A stretch of DNA of 64,000 nucleotides from Thermoanaerobaculia bacterium (GCA_036399015.1 DASWNW010000086.1:722-64721); one strand, 5' to 3'; shown: positions 8,847-18,599, counted from the first letter of the stretch. Notes: generated by a model from the letters alone, not told the origin. A program made the numbers and translations.

Positions 8847-9684
8847 TGTTCTTGTCGCCGGGCATGAGCTTGTTCGCGTTCGTGAAGCTCTGCTTCGCGT
8901 CGCCTTTCTTGCCCTGCTTCTCCTGAAGCATCCCCAGCCAGTACCAGGCGTTCCCGAGCCCCGGCTCTTCGTCGGAGGGCTTGTACGCGAGGTACTTCCT
9001 CAGCGACGCCTCGGCGCGGGCCTGGTCGCCGCCGGTCAGCACGAGCGTCTGGCCGATGCGCAGGTACGCCGGCATGTAGGCGGCGTCGAGCTTCTGCGCC
9101 ATCTCGAACTCGTGCAGCGCGGCCGGGTGGTTCTTCTGGCTGAGATAGAACATGCCGAGGGACTGGTGCGCGCGGGGGTTGTTCGGGTCCTCGCGGACGG
9201 CGTCAACCATCTCCTTGCGGGCGAGGTCCAGCTTCTCCTGGCGCGCGTAGATGCGGGCGTAGGCGCGGTGACCCGCGAGCTTGTCGCGCTTCCGGATCTC
9301 GGCCGCCTGCGCGAGCGCCTTCTCCTCGCTGCCGCCCACGATGGCGGGGGCGATGGTGTAGTACTCGACGAGCGCGAAGCGGGCGTTGACGTGATCGGGA
9401 TCGAGCTGCACCGCCGTCTCCAGCGCCGCCTTTGCCTTCTTCGCCAGCGACGCTTTTCCGAGCAGCCCCGCCTCCTGCGCCTGTCTGCCGTAGGCGCCAC
9501 CGAGGAGGTAGTGCGCCTCGGCATTCTTCGGGTTGGCGGCGAGCGCCTTTTCAAACGCGGTCGCGGCCGCGTTCCAGTCGCGGCGCTCCATGGCGGCGCG
9601 TCCGGCGGCCAGCGGGTCGGCATGCGCGGCAAGAGAGAGGAGAGAAGAGAGAAGGAGGAGGGCGAACGCGTTTCGCATGGTCAC
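8818..9684 (-). CDS. secreted TPR-repeat protein
   Basis: 288 aa; signal peptide; multiple TPR-like A/Y/L repeats. Confidence 0.6.
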   Translation of the reverse strand: MTMRNAFALLLLSSLLSLAAHADPLAAGRAAMERRDWNAAATAFEKALAANPKNAEAHYLLGGAYGRQAQEAGLLGKASLAKKAKAALETAVQLDPDHVNARFALVEYYTIAPAIVGGSEEKALAQAAEIRKRDKLAGHRAYARIYARQEKLDLARKEMVDAVREDPNNPRAHQSLGMFYLSQKNHPAALHEFEMAQKLDAAYMPAYLRIGQTLVLTGGDQARAEASLRKYLAYKPSDEEPGLGNAWYWLGMLQEKQGKKGDAKQSFTNANKLMPGDKNITEALKRVR

Positions 9685-9725
9685 GTGTACGTAATTTGCT
9701 GAGATAAGATTCGCGACCTCGTGTA

Positions 9726-11675
9726 ATGACGACCACTACGGAAATACTCCCGCCCTCTTCCACGACGCAGCGCGCCACCATCCCGATCTTCGATGCCGCA
9801 GAGATCTCCAGAGCATCGGAGGAGGCGCTCGCCCGCGCGCGCGAACTGCTGTCCCGGATCGAGACGCTGCCGCTCGAAGAGGTGAGCGTGGAGCGGGTGC
9901 TCGACGCCTGGGACGAGACGGCGACCGTGCTCGAAGACGCGTTCGGGCCGATCTCGCTCCTCAACAGCGTCCATCCGGACAAGGACGTGCGCGACGCGTC
10001 CGACGTGGCGTTGGTGGCGGAGTCGTCGTTCCTCACTGAGGTCTTTCAGAACGAGGCGTTCTACGAGCGGGTGCGGCGCGTGGAGCCCGACAGCGTGGCC
10101 GCGCGCGAGATGCAGAAGCAGCTCATCGAAGCCTTCGAGGACAGCGGCGTCTCGCTGCCGCCGGAGAAGCGGAAGCGCTTCAAGGAGATCTCCGACCGCC
10201 TCACGGAGCTGGGGCAGGAGTTCGCCAAGAACGTGCGCGAGAACGACACCCGCCTCCGCTTCACGCCCGACGAATGCCGGGGGATGCCGCAGTCGTGGCT
10301 GGAGCGGATGCCGCGCGACGAACAGGGCAACTACGTCGCCGGCTTCGACTACCCCGACTACGTCCCGTTCCTCATGAACGCGCAGGACGAGGAGGCGCGC
10401 CGCCGCTACTGGACGGCGAACACGCTGCGGGGGACGGAGCGGAACCTCGCGGTGCTCGACGAGATCGTGGCGCTGCGGAAGGAGATCGCGGAGCTGTACG
10501 AGGTGCCGAGCTTCGCCCACTACGTCACCAAGCGGCGGATGGTCGAGAACCCCGACACCGTGACCCGCTTCCTCGACGAGGTGCGGAACGTCGTCACCGA
10601 GGCGGAGCTGCGCGACCTGCGCGACCTGGCGGAGCTCAAGGCCGAGCTCACCGGCGACGCGAACGCGCGGATCCACCGCTGGGACGTCCCCTACTACCGC
10701 GAGCGGCTGCGCGAGCGGCGCTACGCCATCGACCAGGAAGAGCTGCGGAGCTACTTCCCCTCCGAGCCGACCGTCCGCTGGATGCTGGACATCAGCGAAC
10801 GGCTGTACGGCGTCCGCTTCACCCGCGGCACCGTGCCGGTGTGGCACGACGACGTCATTTACCTCGACGTCACCGACGCCTCGACCGGCGCGTTCATCGG
10901 CGGCATCTTCCTCGATCTCTACCCGCGCGACGGCAAGTACAAGCATGCCGCGGCCTGGCCGGTGCGCGGCGTCAGCCGCCGGACGGGGCGCAAGCCGATC
11001 AGCGTCCTGGTCACGAACTTCGACCGAAAGGGGCTGACGCACGACGAGCTGGAGACGCTGCTGCACGAGTTCGGGCACGTCCTGCACGGCGTGCTGTCCG
11101 ACACCTATTACATCGGCCATTCGGGGACGAGCGTGCAGCGCGACTTCGTGGAGGCGCCGTCGCAGATGTACGAGGAGTGGGCGAGCCGGATGGAGAGCCT
11201 CTCGCTGCTGCGCGACCACTGCAGCGGCTGCCCCGCCATCGACGCGTCGCTCGTCGACCGCCTGAACGCTGCGAAGAAGTTCGGCTCCGGCATCGACTAC
11301 GGCCGGCAGTGGCTCTACGCCTCCTTCGACATGGCGCTGTCGAGCGAGACGCCGGGGCGCTCGCTGGACGTCTGGGCGGAGATGGAGGGGGCGACGCCGA
11401 TGGGTCACGTTGCGGGGACGCAGTTCCCCGGCACGTTCGAGCACATCGCCAGCGGCTACGCGGCCGGCTACTACGGCTACATGTGGGCGAAGGTGATCGC
11501 GCTCGACCTGGTGTCGGCGTTCGGGAGCGACCTGATGAACAGCGAGACCGGCCGCCGCTTCCGGGAGCTGATCCTGAGCCGCGGCAGCGAGGAGCCGGCG
11601 CGCGACCTCGTGGAACGGTTCCTCGGCAGGCCCGTGGCCAGCGACGCGTTCTTCAATCACATCCGCGGCGTGTGA
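9726..11675 (+). CDS. M3 family zinc metallopeptidase (oligopeptidase A / peptidyl-dipeptidase Dcp-like)
   Basis: 649 aa; HEFGHVLHG HExxH motif and M3-type downstream E; overall M3 length/architecture. Confidence 0.85.
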   Translation: MTTTTEILPPSSTTQRATIPIFDAAEISRASEEALARARELLSRIETLPLEEVSVERVLDAWDETATVLEDAFGPISLLNSVHPDKDVRDASDVALVAESSFLTEVFQNEAFYERVRRVEPDSVAAREMQKQLIEAFEDSGVSLPPEKRKRFKEISDRLTELGQEFAKNVRENDTRLRFTPDECRGMPQSWLERMPRDEQGNYVAGFDYPDYVPFLMNAQDEEARRRYWTANTLRGTERNLAVLDEIVALRKEIAELYEVPSFAHYVTKRRMVENPDTVTRFLDEVRNVVTEAELRDLRDLAELKAELTGDANARIHRWDVPYYRERLRERRYAIDQEELRSYFPSEPTVRWMLDISERLYGVRFTRGTVPVWHDDVIYLDVTDASTGAFIGGIFLDLYPRDGKYKHAAAWPVRGVSRRTGRKPISVLVTNFDRKGLTHDELETLLHEFGHVLHGVLSDTYYIGHSGTSVQRDFVEAPSQMYEEWASRMESLSLLRDHCSGCPAIDASLVDRLNAAKKFGSGIDYGRQWLYASFDMALSSETPGRSLDVWAEMEGATPMGHVAGTQFPGTFEHIASGYAAGYYGYMWAKVIALDLVSAFGSDLMNSETGRRFRELILSRGSEEPARDLVERFLGRPVASDAFFNHIRGV

Positions 11676-11682
11676 GATCGCG

Positions 11683-13098
11683 CTACCGCATCTCCACGTC
11701 CACCTCCGCCGTCCCCGTCGCCACCACCCGCACCACGATCGCCTGCTCCAGCGGCGTCACGGCGGTGGCCTGGATCGCGTTCGCCTGCCCCTTCATCACC
11801 ACCCCCGGCGCGAGGGTCCGGTTCAGCGCCCGCGTCACCTCGGCGCGCAGCTCCTGCATGCGGGGGGCGAGGTCGAACAGCGCCGACTGGCGCAGCCGCT
11901 GGCGGATCGACTCGTGCGCGGCCCGCTCGGCGATGCGGGCGAAGAAGCCGCGGCGCTTCGGGTCGAGCGAGTACTCGAGGTCAGGCACGAGGATGCGCGA
12001 CGTCGCGGGATCGAAGCGGGGCGTCCCTTCCAGGAAGACCGCGCCGCGGTAATTGCGCAGCAGCCCGCCCTTGTAGTCGATCTGCGCCTCGACCAGCACC
12101 CGCCCGTTCCCCGAGGGCGACATCCGCACCGACTCGATCGTCAGCGGCTTGCCGTCCACCTGGTACGTGCGCGCGCCGAACAGGCGGCCGGCCTCCTCGT
12201 ACGGCAACTGCACGTCCGCCGGCATGCGGATCGCGCCCGGCGTCGCGGCGGCGACGCGCAGCGCCGGCAGCGGCTTCCGTCCGACCACGGGACGCTCGCC
12301 GACGACCACCCGCGTCTGCGCCCGCAGCACGAGCGTGGAGGTGACGGTGGGGCCGGACCCGCCGATCGGCGTCAGCGCCACGTCGACCGGCTCCAGCACC
12401 AGCCAGGTGCGCGGCGCGAGCTCCTCCGGCGTCTGCAGCGAGGTCCAGATCTCCTGCGCGTGCGGCCGCAGGTTCGCGAGCGACGGCGTGTTCCGGTCGA
12501 TGATTTTGGCGACGTTGCCGAGCTGCTCCTCGACCACCGGCGCCACGAAGCGGCGGGTGATGTCGATGTCCAGCCAGGTGACCTCGCAGGGGCGGGCGTA
12601 GTGCACCGGCAGGAGGCGTGTGGTCGAGCGCAGCCGCCACGACGGATCCCAGTCGAGCTTCGACTGCAGCCGGATGTCGGCGACGCGGCGCGCCTCGCCG
12701 TAGCCGCAGGAGATGCAGGGGAAGCGGCCGCGGCATGCCTCGAGCGCGTACTTCATCGTGGTCGTGGCGTGGAGGCTGCCGCCGATCATCTCCAGCTTCA
12801 CCGGGTCGCGCGCCACCTCGTAGCGGATGTCGATCCCCCGCTCGGCCGCCTTCCCGTTGAACCGCGGCGGGACGCGTTTCTCGATCTCGGGGGAGAGCGA
12901 GACGAGGCTGGTCCGGATCGGCACCACGATCGTCGAGATCTCGGGCGGCGGTGGAGCGGCGGGCGGCACTCCGCCGGCGTCCCGCGGCACGACCGCCCCC
13001 TGCCCCGTGCATGCAACAATGAAGAGGAGAGGGAAGAAGAGGCGCGGCGCGCGCGATCTACTCCAGAGCGACATGTCGGATACGACCACCCGCGGCAT
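11683..13098 (-). CDS. hypothetical lipoprotein (DUF4403-like?); start possibly at Met9 (13074)
   Basis: ORF 11683..13098; lipobox LFIVACTG; no confident family assignment. Confidence 0.4.
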   Translation of the reverse strand: MPRVVVSDMSLWSRSRAPRLFFPLLFIVACTGQGAVVPRDAGGVPPAAPPPPEISTIVVPIRTSLVSLSPEIEKRVPPRFNGKAAERGIDIRYEVARDPVKLEMIGGSLHATTTMKYALEACRGRFPCISCGYGEARRVADIRLQSKLDWDPSWRLRSTTRLLPVHYARPCEVTWLDIDITRRFVAPVVEEQLGNVAKIIDRNTPSLANLRPHAQEIWTSLQTPEELAPRTWLVLEPVDVALTPIGGSGPTVTSTLVLRAQTRVVVGERPVVGRKPLPALRVAAATPGAIRMPADVQLPYEEAGRLFGARTYQVDGKPLTIESVRMSPSGNGRVLVEAQIDYKGGLLRNYRGAVFLEGTPRFDPATSRILVPDLEYSLDPKRRGFFARIAERAAHESIRQRLRQSALFDLAPRMQELRAEVTRALNRTLAPGVVMKGQANAIQATAVTPLEQAIVVRVVATGTAEVDVEMR

Positions 13099-13450
13099 CA
13101 GGATCGAAGTGGAGAGCGAGTATCTTGCCGACCGCAGCGATCGCGAGACCTACTACTTCGCGTACCACGTCACGATCACCAACGAGGGGGACGAGACGGC
13201 GCAGCTCGTCAGCCGCGAATGGGTCATCACCGACGAGAACGGAAACGTCGAGCGGGTGCAGGGTCCGGGGGTCGTCGGTGAGACGCCGGTGCTCGAGCCG
13301 GGCGACACGTTCGAGTACAGCAGTTTCTGCCCGCTGCCGACCTCCATGGGGACGATGCACGGCAGCTACACGATGCGGACGCGCGGCGGCGAGTCCTTCC
13401 AGGCGCGCATCGACCCCTTCACCCTCGCCGTCCCGGGAGTCGTCAACTGA
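13073..13450 (+). CDS. apaG: ApaG (DUF525) protein
   Basis: Start at Met83 of ORF 12827..13450; 125 aa; conserved ApaG pattern YYFAYHVTITNEG..SREWVITDENG..GPGVVGETPVLEPGDTFEYSS. Confidence 0.8.
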   Translation: MSDTTTRGIRIEVESEYLADRSDRETYYFAYHVTITNEGDETAQLVSREWVITDENGNVERVQGPGVVGETPVLEPGDTFEYSSFCPLPTSMGTMHGSYTMRTRGGESFQARIDPFTLAVPGVVN

Positions 13451-13584
13451 GACGGCTCCCGTTCCTGCCGCTCTTCTTCACCGTCCTCGGCATCCTCTTC
13501 GTCGCGGCGGTCTGGCTCCGGCTGCGCTCCTACGAGCCGATCGACGCCGCAAGCGCCGCACCGGGTGCCTCCAGCGCGCCGGTC

Positions 13585-15003
13585 GTGGCGAACGGCACGG
13601 GTGAAGAGGGGACGCCCGCGCCGCGGACGAGCGCCGACTACACGATCGTGACGGAAGGGCCGGGCACGCGGCGCCCGTCCAACGCGAGCGAGCGCGAGCG
13701 ACGCTACCAGGAGCTGCTGCGCTCCGCGCCGCCGGGCGCGCCGCCGCCACCGCCGCCGCAACAGCCGGCGCCGTCGCTGCTCGACCGGATGGTCGCGCCG
13801 ATTGCGAACGCGCTGGGGATGCGCCAGAAGCCGCAGCCGCAGGCGCCGCCACCGCCCGTGCAGCCGCGGCAGGAGCGCGCCGCCGAAAAGCCGGGGACCA
13901 ATCCGCGGAACACCACCACGACCGATCCGAACGTCGACCCGAACGATCCCGACACCGACGTCGTCGCTCCGCAACTGATGTCGGTGGCCTTCAATCCGCC
14001 GGAGATCCAGGACGGGGGGGAGACCATCCTCACCATCCTGGCCAATGACAACCTCTCCGGCGTCCGCAGCGTCTCCGGCGTGATCGCCAGCCCGAGCGGC
14101 TCGATGCAGGGCTTCGCCTGCACGCGGGAGGGGGAGACGAACCAGTTCGTGACGCGGGTGGCGGTGCCGAAGGATGCGCCCTCGGGCGTGTGGCAGGTGA
14201 AGTACCTGACCATCCTCGACAACGCCAGCAACAGCGCGCACCTCAACGCCGCGCAGGGGGCGCTGCCGATGACGGCGCGGTTCACCGTCGCGTCGGCCGA
14301 TTCCGACGCCAGCGGTCCGCAGCTCAAGGCGGTCTGGCTCGACAAGCCGGCCATGCGCGCCGGCGACCGGAACGTGCTCTTCGTGCAGGCGGAGGACGAG
14401 AAGTCGGGCGTGTCGCTGGTGAGCGGCGTCTTCGTCAGCCCCAGCCGCACCGCGCGCATCGGCTTCGGCTGCCGCCTCGGCGGGACGGGGGCGTGGGAGT
14501 GCGCCGTGACACCGCCGACCTGCCTCGACTGCGGCGTCTGGAAGCTCGAGCAGATCCAGTTGCAGGACAAGGCCAACAACATGACCACCTTCCGCAACGA
14601 CAACCAGGTGGTGAGCGCGGTCGTGCTCGACATCGCGGGAGAGCGCTGCGACTCGGCGGCGCCGGTGGTGACGCAGTTCCTCCTCGCGCCGACCGTGGTG
14701 TCGAACGCGGAGCCGACGGTGATCCGTGTGCAGGCCACGGCGATGGACGACGGCGGCTGCGGCGTGGCCAGTCTGAGCGGGCTCGCGGTCCCGCCCGGCG
14801 GCATCGGCGGACAGCGGCGCTACATCACGTTCGAGCCGTCGCCCGACGGGCAGAACTTCACCGGGAAGCTGGAGATCCCGCAGTTCGCGGCGAAGGGGCA
14901 GTGGACGATCGCCTGGATCCAGGCCCTCGACAAGGGCCACAACCTGCGGGCGTACTCGGCGAACGAGCCGGTGGTGGCGAGGGCGACGTTCCGCGTGGAG
15001 TGA
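13585..15003 (+). CDS. Pro-rich, Cys-containing secreted/membrane-anchored protein of unknown function; true start probably upstream (~13447, non-canonical)
   Basis: ORF 13585..15003; in-frame upstream sequence encodes RRLPFLPLFFTVLGILFVAAVWL (signal-anchor) with no ATG/GTG/TTG. Confidence 0.5.
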   Translation: MANGTGEEGTPAPRTSADYTIVTEGPGTRRPSNASERERRYQELLRSAPPGAPPPPPPQQPAPSLLDRMVAPIANALGMRQKPQPQAPPPPVQPRQERAAEKPGTNPRNTTTTDPNVDPNDPDTDVVAPQLMSVAFNPPEIQDGGETILTILANDNLSGVRSVSGVIASPSGSMQGFACTREGETNQFVTRVAVPKDAPSGVWQVKYLTILDNASNSAHLNAAQGALPMTARFTVASADSDASGPQLKAVWLDKPAMRAGDRNVLFVQAEDEKSGVSLVSGVFVSPSRTARIGFGCRLGGTGAWECAVTPPTCLDCGVWKLEQIQLQDKANNMTTFRNDNQVVSAVVLDIAGERCDSAAPVVTQFLLAPTVVSNAEPTVIRVQATAMDDGGCGVASLSGLAVPPGGIGGQRRYITFEPSPDGQNFTGKLEIPQFAAKGQWTIAWIQALDKGHNLRAYSANEPVVARATFRVE

Positions 15004-15011
15004 CGGCCCCG

Positions 15012-15045
15012 TCTCTCCCTGGAGCGACGGGCTCTCAGCCCGTCG
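15012..15045. repeat. small palindromic element (CTCTGGAGCGACGGGCTCTCAGCCCGTC family) just after stop codon
   Basis: tctctccctggagcgacgggctctcagcccgtcg; same element at 22141, 26594, 30788, 63164. Confidence 0.7.
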
Positions 15046-15063
15046 GCATAGGCCGCGTCGGGC

Positions 15064-15103
15064 AAAAAAATAAGGGCCCGCGGCTTCTAGTCCCGCGGGC
15101 CCA
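15064..15103 (-). terminator. intrinsic-terminator-like hairpin with U-tract on minus strand (no annotated minus-strand gene ends here)
   Basis: minus strand reads GGGCCCGCGGGACTAGAAGCCGCGGGCCC then TTATTTTTTT. Confidence 0.4.
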
Positions 15104-15438
15104 TTCCCGATCCGTTAACAGCTACTAGAACGCATCCGGACCGAACTCGTTCCGCCTCGCCTCTGCCCGCCGGAACTCCGCGATTCGTTGACAGCTGCAG
15201 AGGAGCATCCGAATCGCCCGCCGCTGAGTCCATCGCACTCGGTGGCGCCCCTTCAGGCCGTTGACATCGTGCGTGGCGCATCCGATCTGAAGGTGAATTT
15301 CAATCTGCGTTCGCCCCCTGCGAACGTCAAGTAGACGACGAAAATTTTTTTCCCTATGCACCCGTTGTCGTCGTACGATACGCACCCCAACCGTTCCCAC
15401 GACCGGGAACCAATCACTGAAAGGTAACGCACACCCCC

Positions 15439-16854
15439 ATGAGTCAGTCGAGAGAGAACGCCGAGGCTACGTCTTTTGCCGAGGCGATGGAGAATCTGGA
15501 CCTCAAAACCCCGCAGCAGGGTGAGCTGCTCCGTGGCACGATCGTCTCGATCTCGGGCGAAGACGCCTACATCTCCTACGGCGGTCCTTCCGAGGCCGTG
15601 ATGGATACCGCGGAGCTCGAGGGTCTCGACATCGGCGATTCAATCGAGGCGACCGTGGTCAAGACCGGCGCCGAGATCCGCGTCTCGCGCAAGCTGATCA
15701 AGGGGAAGGCATCGCTCGACCAGCTCCGCACCGCGTTCGAGAGCCGTCTCCCCGTCGAAGGCAAGGTCACCGGCCGCAACAAGGGCGGCTTCGAAGTGAA
15801 CATCAGCGGCCTCCGCGTGTTCTGCCCCCTGTCACAGATCGCCCTCGGCAAGATCGAGAACCCTGACGCGTTCGTGAACCAGAACATCGAGTTCCGCGTC
15901 ACCGAGATGTCCGATGACGGCCGCCGCATCGTCGTCTCCCGCGCCGCCCTGCTGAAGGAAGCGGCCGCCGAGCGCGCCGCCGAGACCCGCGCACGCATCG
16001 TCCCGGGCGCCGAGCTCACCGGACGCGTCAAGACCCTCACCCCCTTCGGCGCCTTCGTCGACCTGGGCGGCGTGGACGGCCTGCTGCACGTCTCCGAGAT
16101 GAGCCGCCGCCGCGTCACCAATCCCCAGGACGTCGTCCAGATCGGACAGGAAGTCCACGTCAAGGTCATCAAGATCGAGAACGACGGCAAGCGCATCTCG
16201 CTGTCGATGAAGGATCAGGAGCCGGATCCCTGGTACGACGTGGCCGAGCGCTTCACGCCGGGCACGCAGTTCTCCGGCCGCATCGTCCGCTCGACCGACT
16301 TCGGCTTCTTCGTCGAGGTGGAGCCGGGCGTCGACGGGCTCGTGCACGTCTCGCAGCTCCCGCACGGCGTCAAGCCGGGCGACGCGGAAGTGGCCATCGG
16401 CACGCACGTGCAGGGCTGGGTCCGCGAGGTCGATCCCTCGAAGAAGCGCCTCTCGCTCTCCCTCCGCGCCATCGCGGTGGACGATCCGTGGGAGACCGCC
16501 ACGCAGCGCTACTCGGTCGGCAAGGTCGTGAACGGCACCGTCGACCACGGCGCCGCCCCCGGCATCTTCGTCGAGCTCGAGCCGGGCCTCACCGGCCTGA
16601 TCCCGAACTCCGAGATCGCCGCCCCGTCCGGGGTCGATCCGGCCGAGGCACACCAGCCGGGCGAGAAGCTGATGGTGCGCATCATGAGCATCGACCCGCA
16701 GCGCAAGCGCATCTCCCTCTCGCACGAAGCCGCGAAAGCAGCCGCCGAGCGGGAGGAGTACACGAAGTTCATGGACGAGCGCAACGACGAAGCCAGCAGC
16801 GAGTCGGCCATGGCGCTGGCGTTCAAACGAGCAATGGAAAAGAAGAACCGGTAA
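15439..16854 (+). CDS. rpsA: 30S ribosomal protein S1 (six S1 domains)
   Basis: 471 aa; repeated S1 RNA-binding domain signatures (GxV..FGAFV..G..GLLHVSE); followed by canonical terminator. Confidence 0.85.
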   Translation: MSQSRENAEATSFAEAMENLDLKTPQQGELLRGTIVSISGEDAYISYGGPSEAVMDTAELEGLDIGDSIEATVVKTGAEIRVSRKLIKGKASLDQLRTAFESRLPVEGKVTGRNKGGFEVNISGLRVFCPLSQIALGKIENPDAFVNQNIEFRVTEMSDDGRRIVVSRAALLKEAAAERAAETRARIVPGAELTGRVKTLTPFGAFVDLGGVDGLLHVSEMSRRRVTNPQDVVQIGQEVHVKVIKIENDGKRISLSMKDQEPDPWYDVAERFTPGTQFSGRIVRSTDFGFFVEVEPGVDGLVHVSQLPHGVKPGDAEVAIGTHVQGWVREVDPSKKRLSLSLRAIAVDDPWETATQRYSVGKVVNGTVDHGAAPGIFVELEPGLTGLIPNSEIAAPSGVDPAEAHQPGEKLMVRIMSIDPQRKRISLSHEAAKAAAEREEYTKFMDERNDEASSESAMALAFKRAMEKKNR

Positions 16855-16858
16855 GAAA

Positions 16859-16882
16859 GGCCGCCCTCCGGGCGGCCTTTTT
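16859..16882 (+). terminator. rho-independent terminator of rpsA
   Basis: GGCCGCCC-TCC-GGGCGGCC followed by TTTTTG, 5 nt after stop. Confidence 0.8.
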
Positions 16883-16953
16883 GTTGCTAGTTGCTGGTTG
16901 CTGGTGCCTTCGGCCGCCACATCACAAGCAACCAGCAACCAGTAACCAGCAAC
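16883..16953. repeat. GTTGCTG-unit tandem hairpin repeat
   Basis: gttgctagttgctggttgctggtg-loop-caaccagcaaccagtaaccagcaac. Confidence 0.75.
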
Positions 16954-16958
16954 TGAAC

Positions 16959-17801
16959 ATGCGCATCTTCCTCACCGGTGCCACCGGTTACATCGGCTCC
17001 TCCGTCGCCGCCGCTCTCCGTCGGGCGGGTCACGACGTCGGCGCGCTCGTGCGCCCCGACGCCGACTCCCACGCGCTGCGCGAGCAGGGGGTCGTGCTCC
17101 TCTCGGGCGATCTCGAGTCGCTGCCCTCGCTGCGCGAGCAGCTCGACGGCGCCTACGACGCGTACATCCACACCGCGGCATCGAAGACCGACAAGGTGGC
17201 GGCCGACCGCGCGGCGGTGGACACGTTCACGGCGCTCGGCGGCTACTTCCTCTACACCTCCGGCGTCTGGGTCCTCGGCAACAACAAGGCTGCCGACGAG
17301 GCCTCCGACGTCAATCCGCTCGAGCTGGTGAAGTGGCGTCCCGCGCACGAGGAGCTCGTGATCGGCGCCGGCGGCGGCGTCCTCCGTCCCGGCTGCGTCT
17401 ACGGCGGCAGGCAGTCGCTGCTCGCCGACTGGTTCGCCGCCGCCGAGCAGGGGAGGCCGCTGAAGCTCGTCGGCGACGGGACGAACCGCTGGGCGCTCGT
17501 CGACGTCCACGAGCTCGCCGACCTCTACGTCCGCGCCGTCGAGCAGCGCGCGACGGGCGTGCTGCACGGAATCGACGACACCGACGCCACGCTCGGGGAG
17601 TGCGCCGGCGCCGTCGCGCCAGACGCCTCGATCGAGTACACGCCGCTCGACGCCGCGCGCGAGCATCTCGGCCCGTTCGCCGACGCGCTGGCGATCGACC
17701 AGCGGGTCTCCAGCACCGAGACGCGGAGCAAGACCGGCTGGTCGCCGCGGCGGACGTTCCTCGACTCGGTCGAAGAGCAGTGGCGCGAGTGGCGGTCGTG
17801 A
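16959..17801 (+). CDS. NAD(P)-dependent epimerase/dehydratase (NmrA-like) family protein
   Basis: Start at Met158 of ORF 16488..17801; Rossmann motif MRIFLTGATGYIGSSV. Confidence 0.7.
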   Translation: MRIFLTGATGYIGSSVAAALRRAGHDVGALVRPDADSHALREQGVVLLSGDLESLPSLREQLDGAYDAYIHTAASKTDKVAADRAAVDTFTALGGYFLYTSGVWVLGNNKAADEASDVNPLELVKWRPAHEELVIGAGGGVLRPGCVYGGRQSLLADWFAAAEQGRPLKLVGDGTNRWALVDVHELADLYVRAVEQRATGVLHGIDDTDATLGECAGAVAPDASIEYTPLDAAREHLGPFADALAIDQRVSSTETRSKTGWSPRRTFLDSVEEQWREWRS

Positions 17802-17807
17802 CCGCGG

Positions 17808-18599
17808 TCAGCGGGCGAAGCCGATCAGCAGCTCGTTGACCCGCTCCGCGGCGTCGTGCTGCGCGAAGTGGCCGATCTCCGGCAGCCGCTCGATGCGCAC
17901 GTTCGTCACCCACTGCCCGATGTCCTCCAGCGCCTGGGGGAGGAACACCGGCTCGCGCTCGCCCCAGACGATCATGGTCGGGACGTCGATGCGGCTGTGG
18001 CGCATGCGCATCTCCGTGCGCGACTTCCGGATGGCGCGGTAGTAGTGGATCATCGGCGTAAGGCCGCCGCGCCGCCACTGGCGGATGTAGGTCTCGATCT
18101 CCTCGTCGGTGAAGCGCGCCGCCCGGCGCAGGAAGTGGCGGCCGAAGAGGCGCATCACCAGCTCCGGGAGCAGCGGGAGCTGAAAGAAGACCTGGTAGAG
18201 GAGGTTCACCTTCTGCCGCGTGCTCCGTCTCACCTCGCGCGCGATCGCGGCGGGATGGGGGACGTTGATGATGACGAGCTTGCGCAGGAGATCGGGGCGC
18301 TGCATCGCGATGCCCCAGGCGGCCGCCGCGCCCCAGTCGTGTCCGACGAGCACGCACGGCGTGCTGCCGAGCGACTCGATCAGCTCGATCACGTCGCCGG
18401 CGACGTCCGTCATGCGGTAGGAGCCGATGCCGGCGGGCTTGGGGGACTCGCCGTAGCCGCGCAGGTCGGGGGCGACGGCGCGGAAGCCGGCTCGCGCGAG
18501 GGCGGGCAGTTGCCGCTTCCACGAGATCCGGTATTCCGGGAAGCCATGAAGGAGGACGACGAGAGGCCCGTCGCCCTCCGAGTCATAGTGCAGCTTCAA
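17808..18599 (-). CDS. alpha/beta hydrolase (epoxide hydrolase-like)
   Basis: 263 aa; HGFPE..., nucleophile elbow GHDWG, C-terminal His. Confidence 0.75.
   Translation of the reverse strand: MKLHYDSEGDGPLVVLLHGFPEYRISWKRQLPALARAGFRAVAPDLRGYGESPKPAGIGSYRMTDVAGDVIELIESLGSTPCVLVGHDWGAAAAWGIAMQRPDLLRKLVIINVPHPAAIAREVRRSTRQKVNLLYQVFFQLPLLPELVMRLFGRHFLRRAARFTDEEIETYIRQWRRGGLTPMIHYYRAIRKSRTEMRMRHSRIDVPTMIVWGEREPVFLPQALEDIGQWVTNVRIERLPEIGHFAQHDAAERVNELLIGFAR

Noticed and set aside
9681-11660. Very long antisense ORFs in the track (e.g. 9681..11660 -, 20734..22248 -, 24444..26372 -, 29407..31425 -, 34531..36768 -, 36596..38389 -, 38386..39744 -, 56190..58229 +, 59378..61720 -)
   Set aside because: They lie opposite strongly supported genes with recognisable domains. 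They are Arg/Ala/Gly/Pro-rich, as expected for stop-poor frames in 70% GC DNA, and have no domain signatures.
12827-13450. 207-aa ORF as called in the track
   Set aside because: The first 82 residues are antisense or overlap of the neighbouring gene and low-complexity. The conserved ApaG domain begins exactly at internal Met83 (13073), giving the canonical 125-aa ApaG.
16488-17801. 437-aa ORF extending the epimerase gene 5' across the rpsA 3' end
   Set aside because: The extension overlaps rpsA, its terminator and the GTTGCTG repeat. The Rossmann-fold N-terminus MRIFLTGATGY at 16959 is the natural start.
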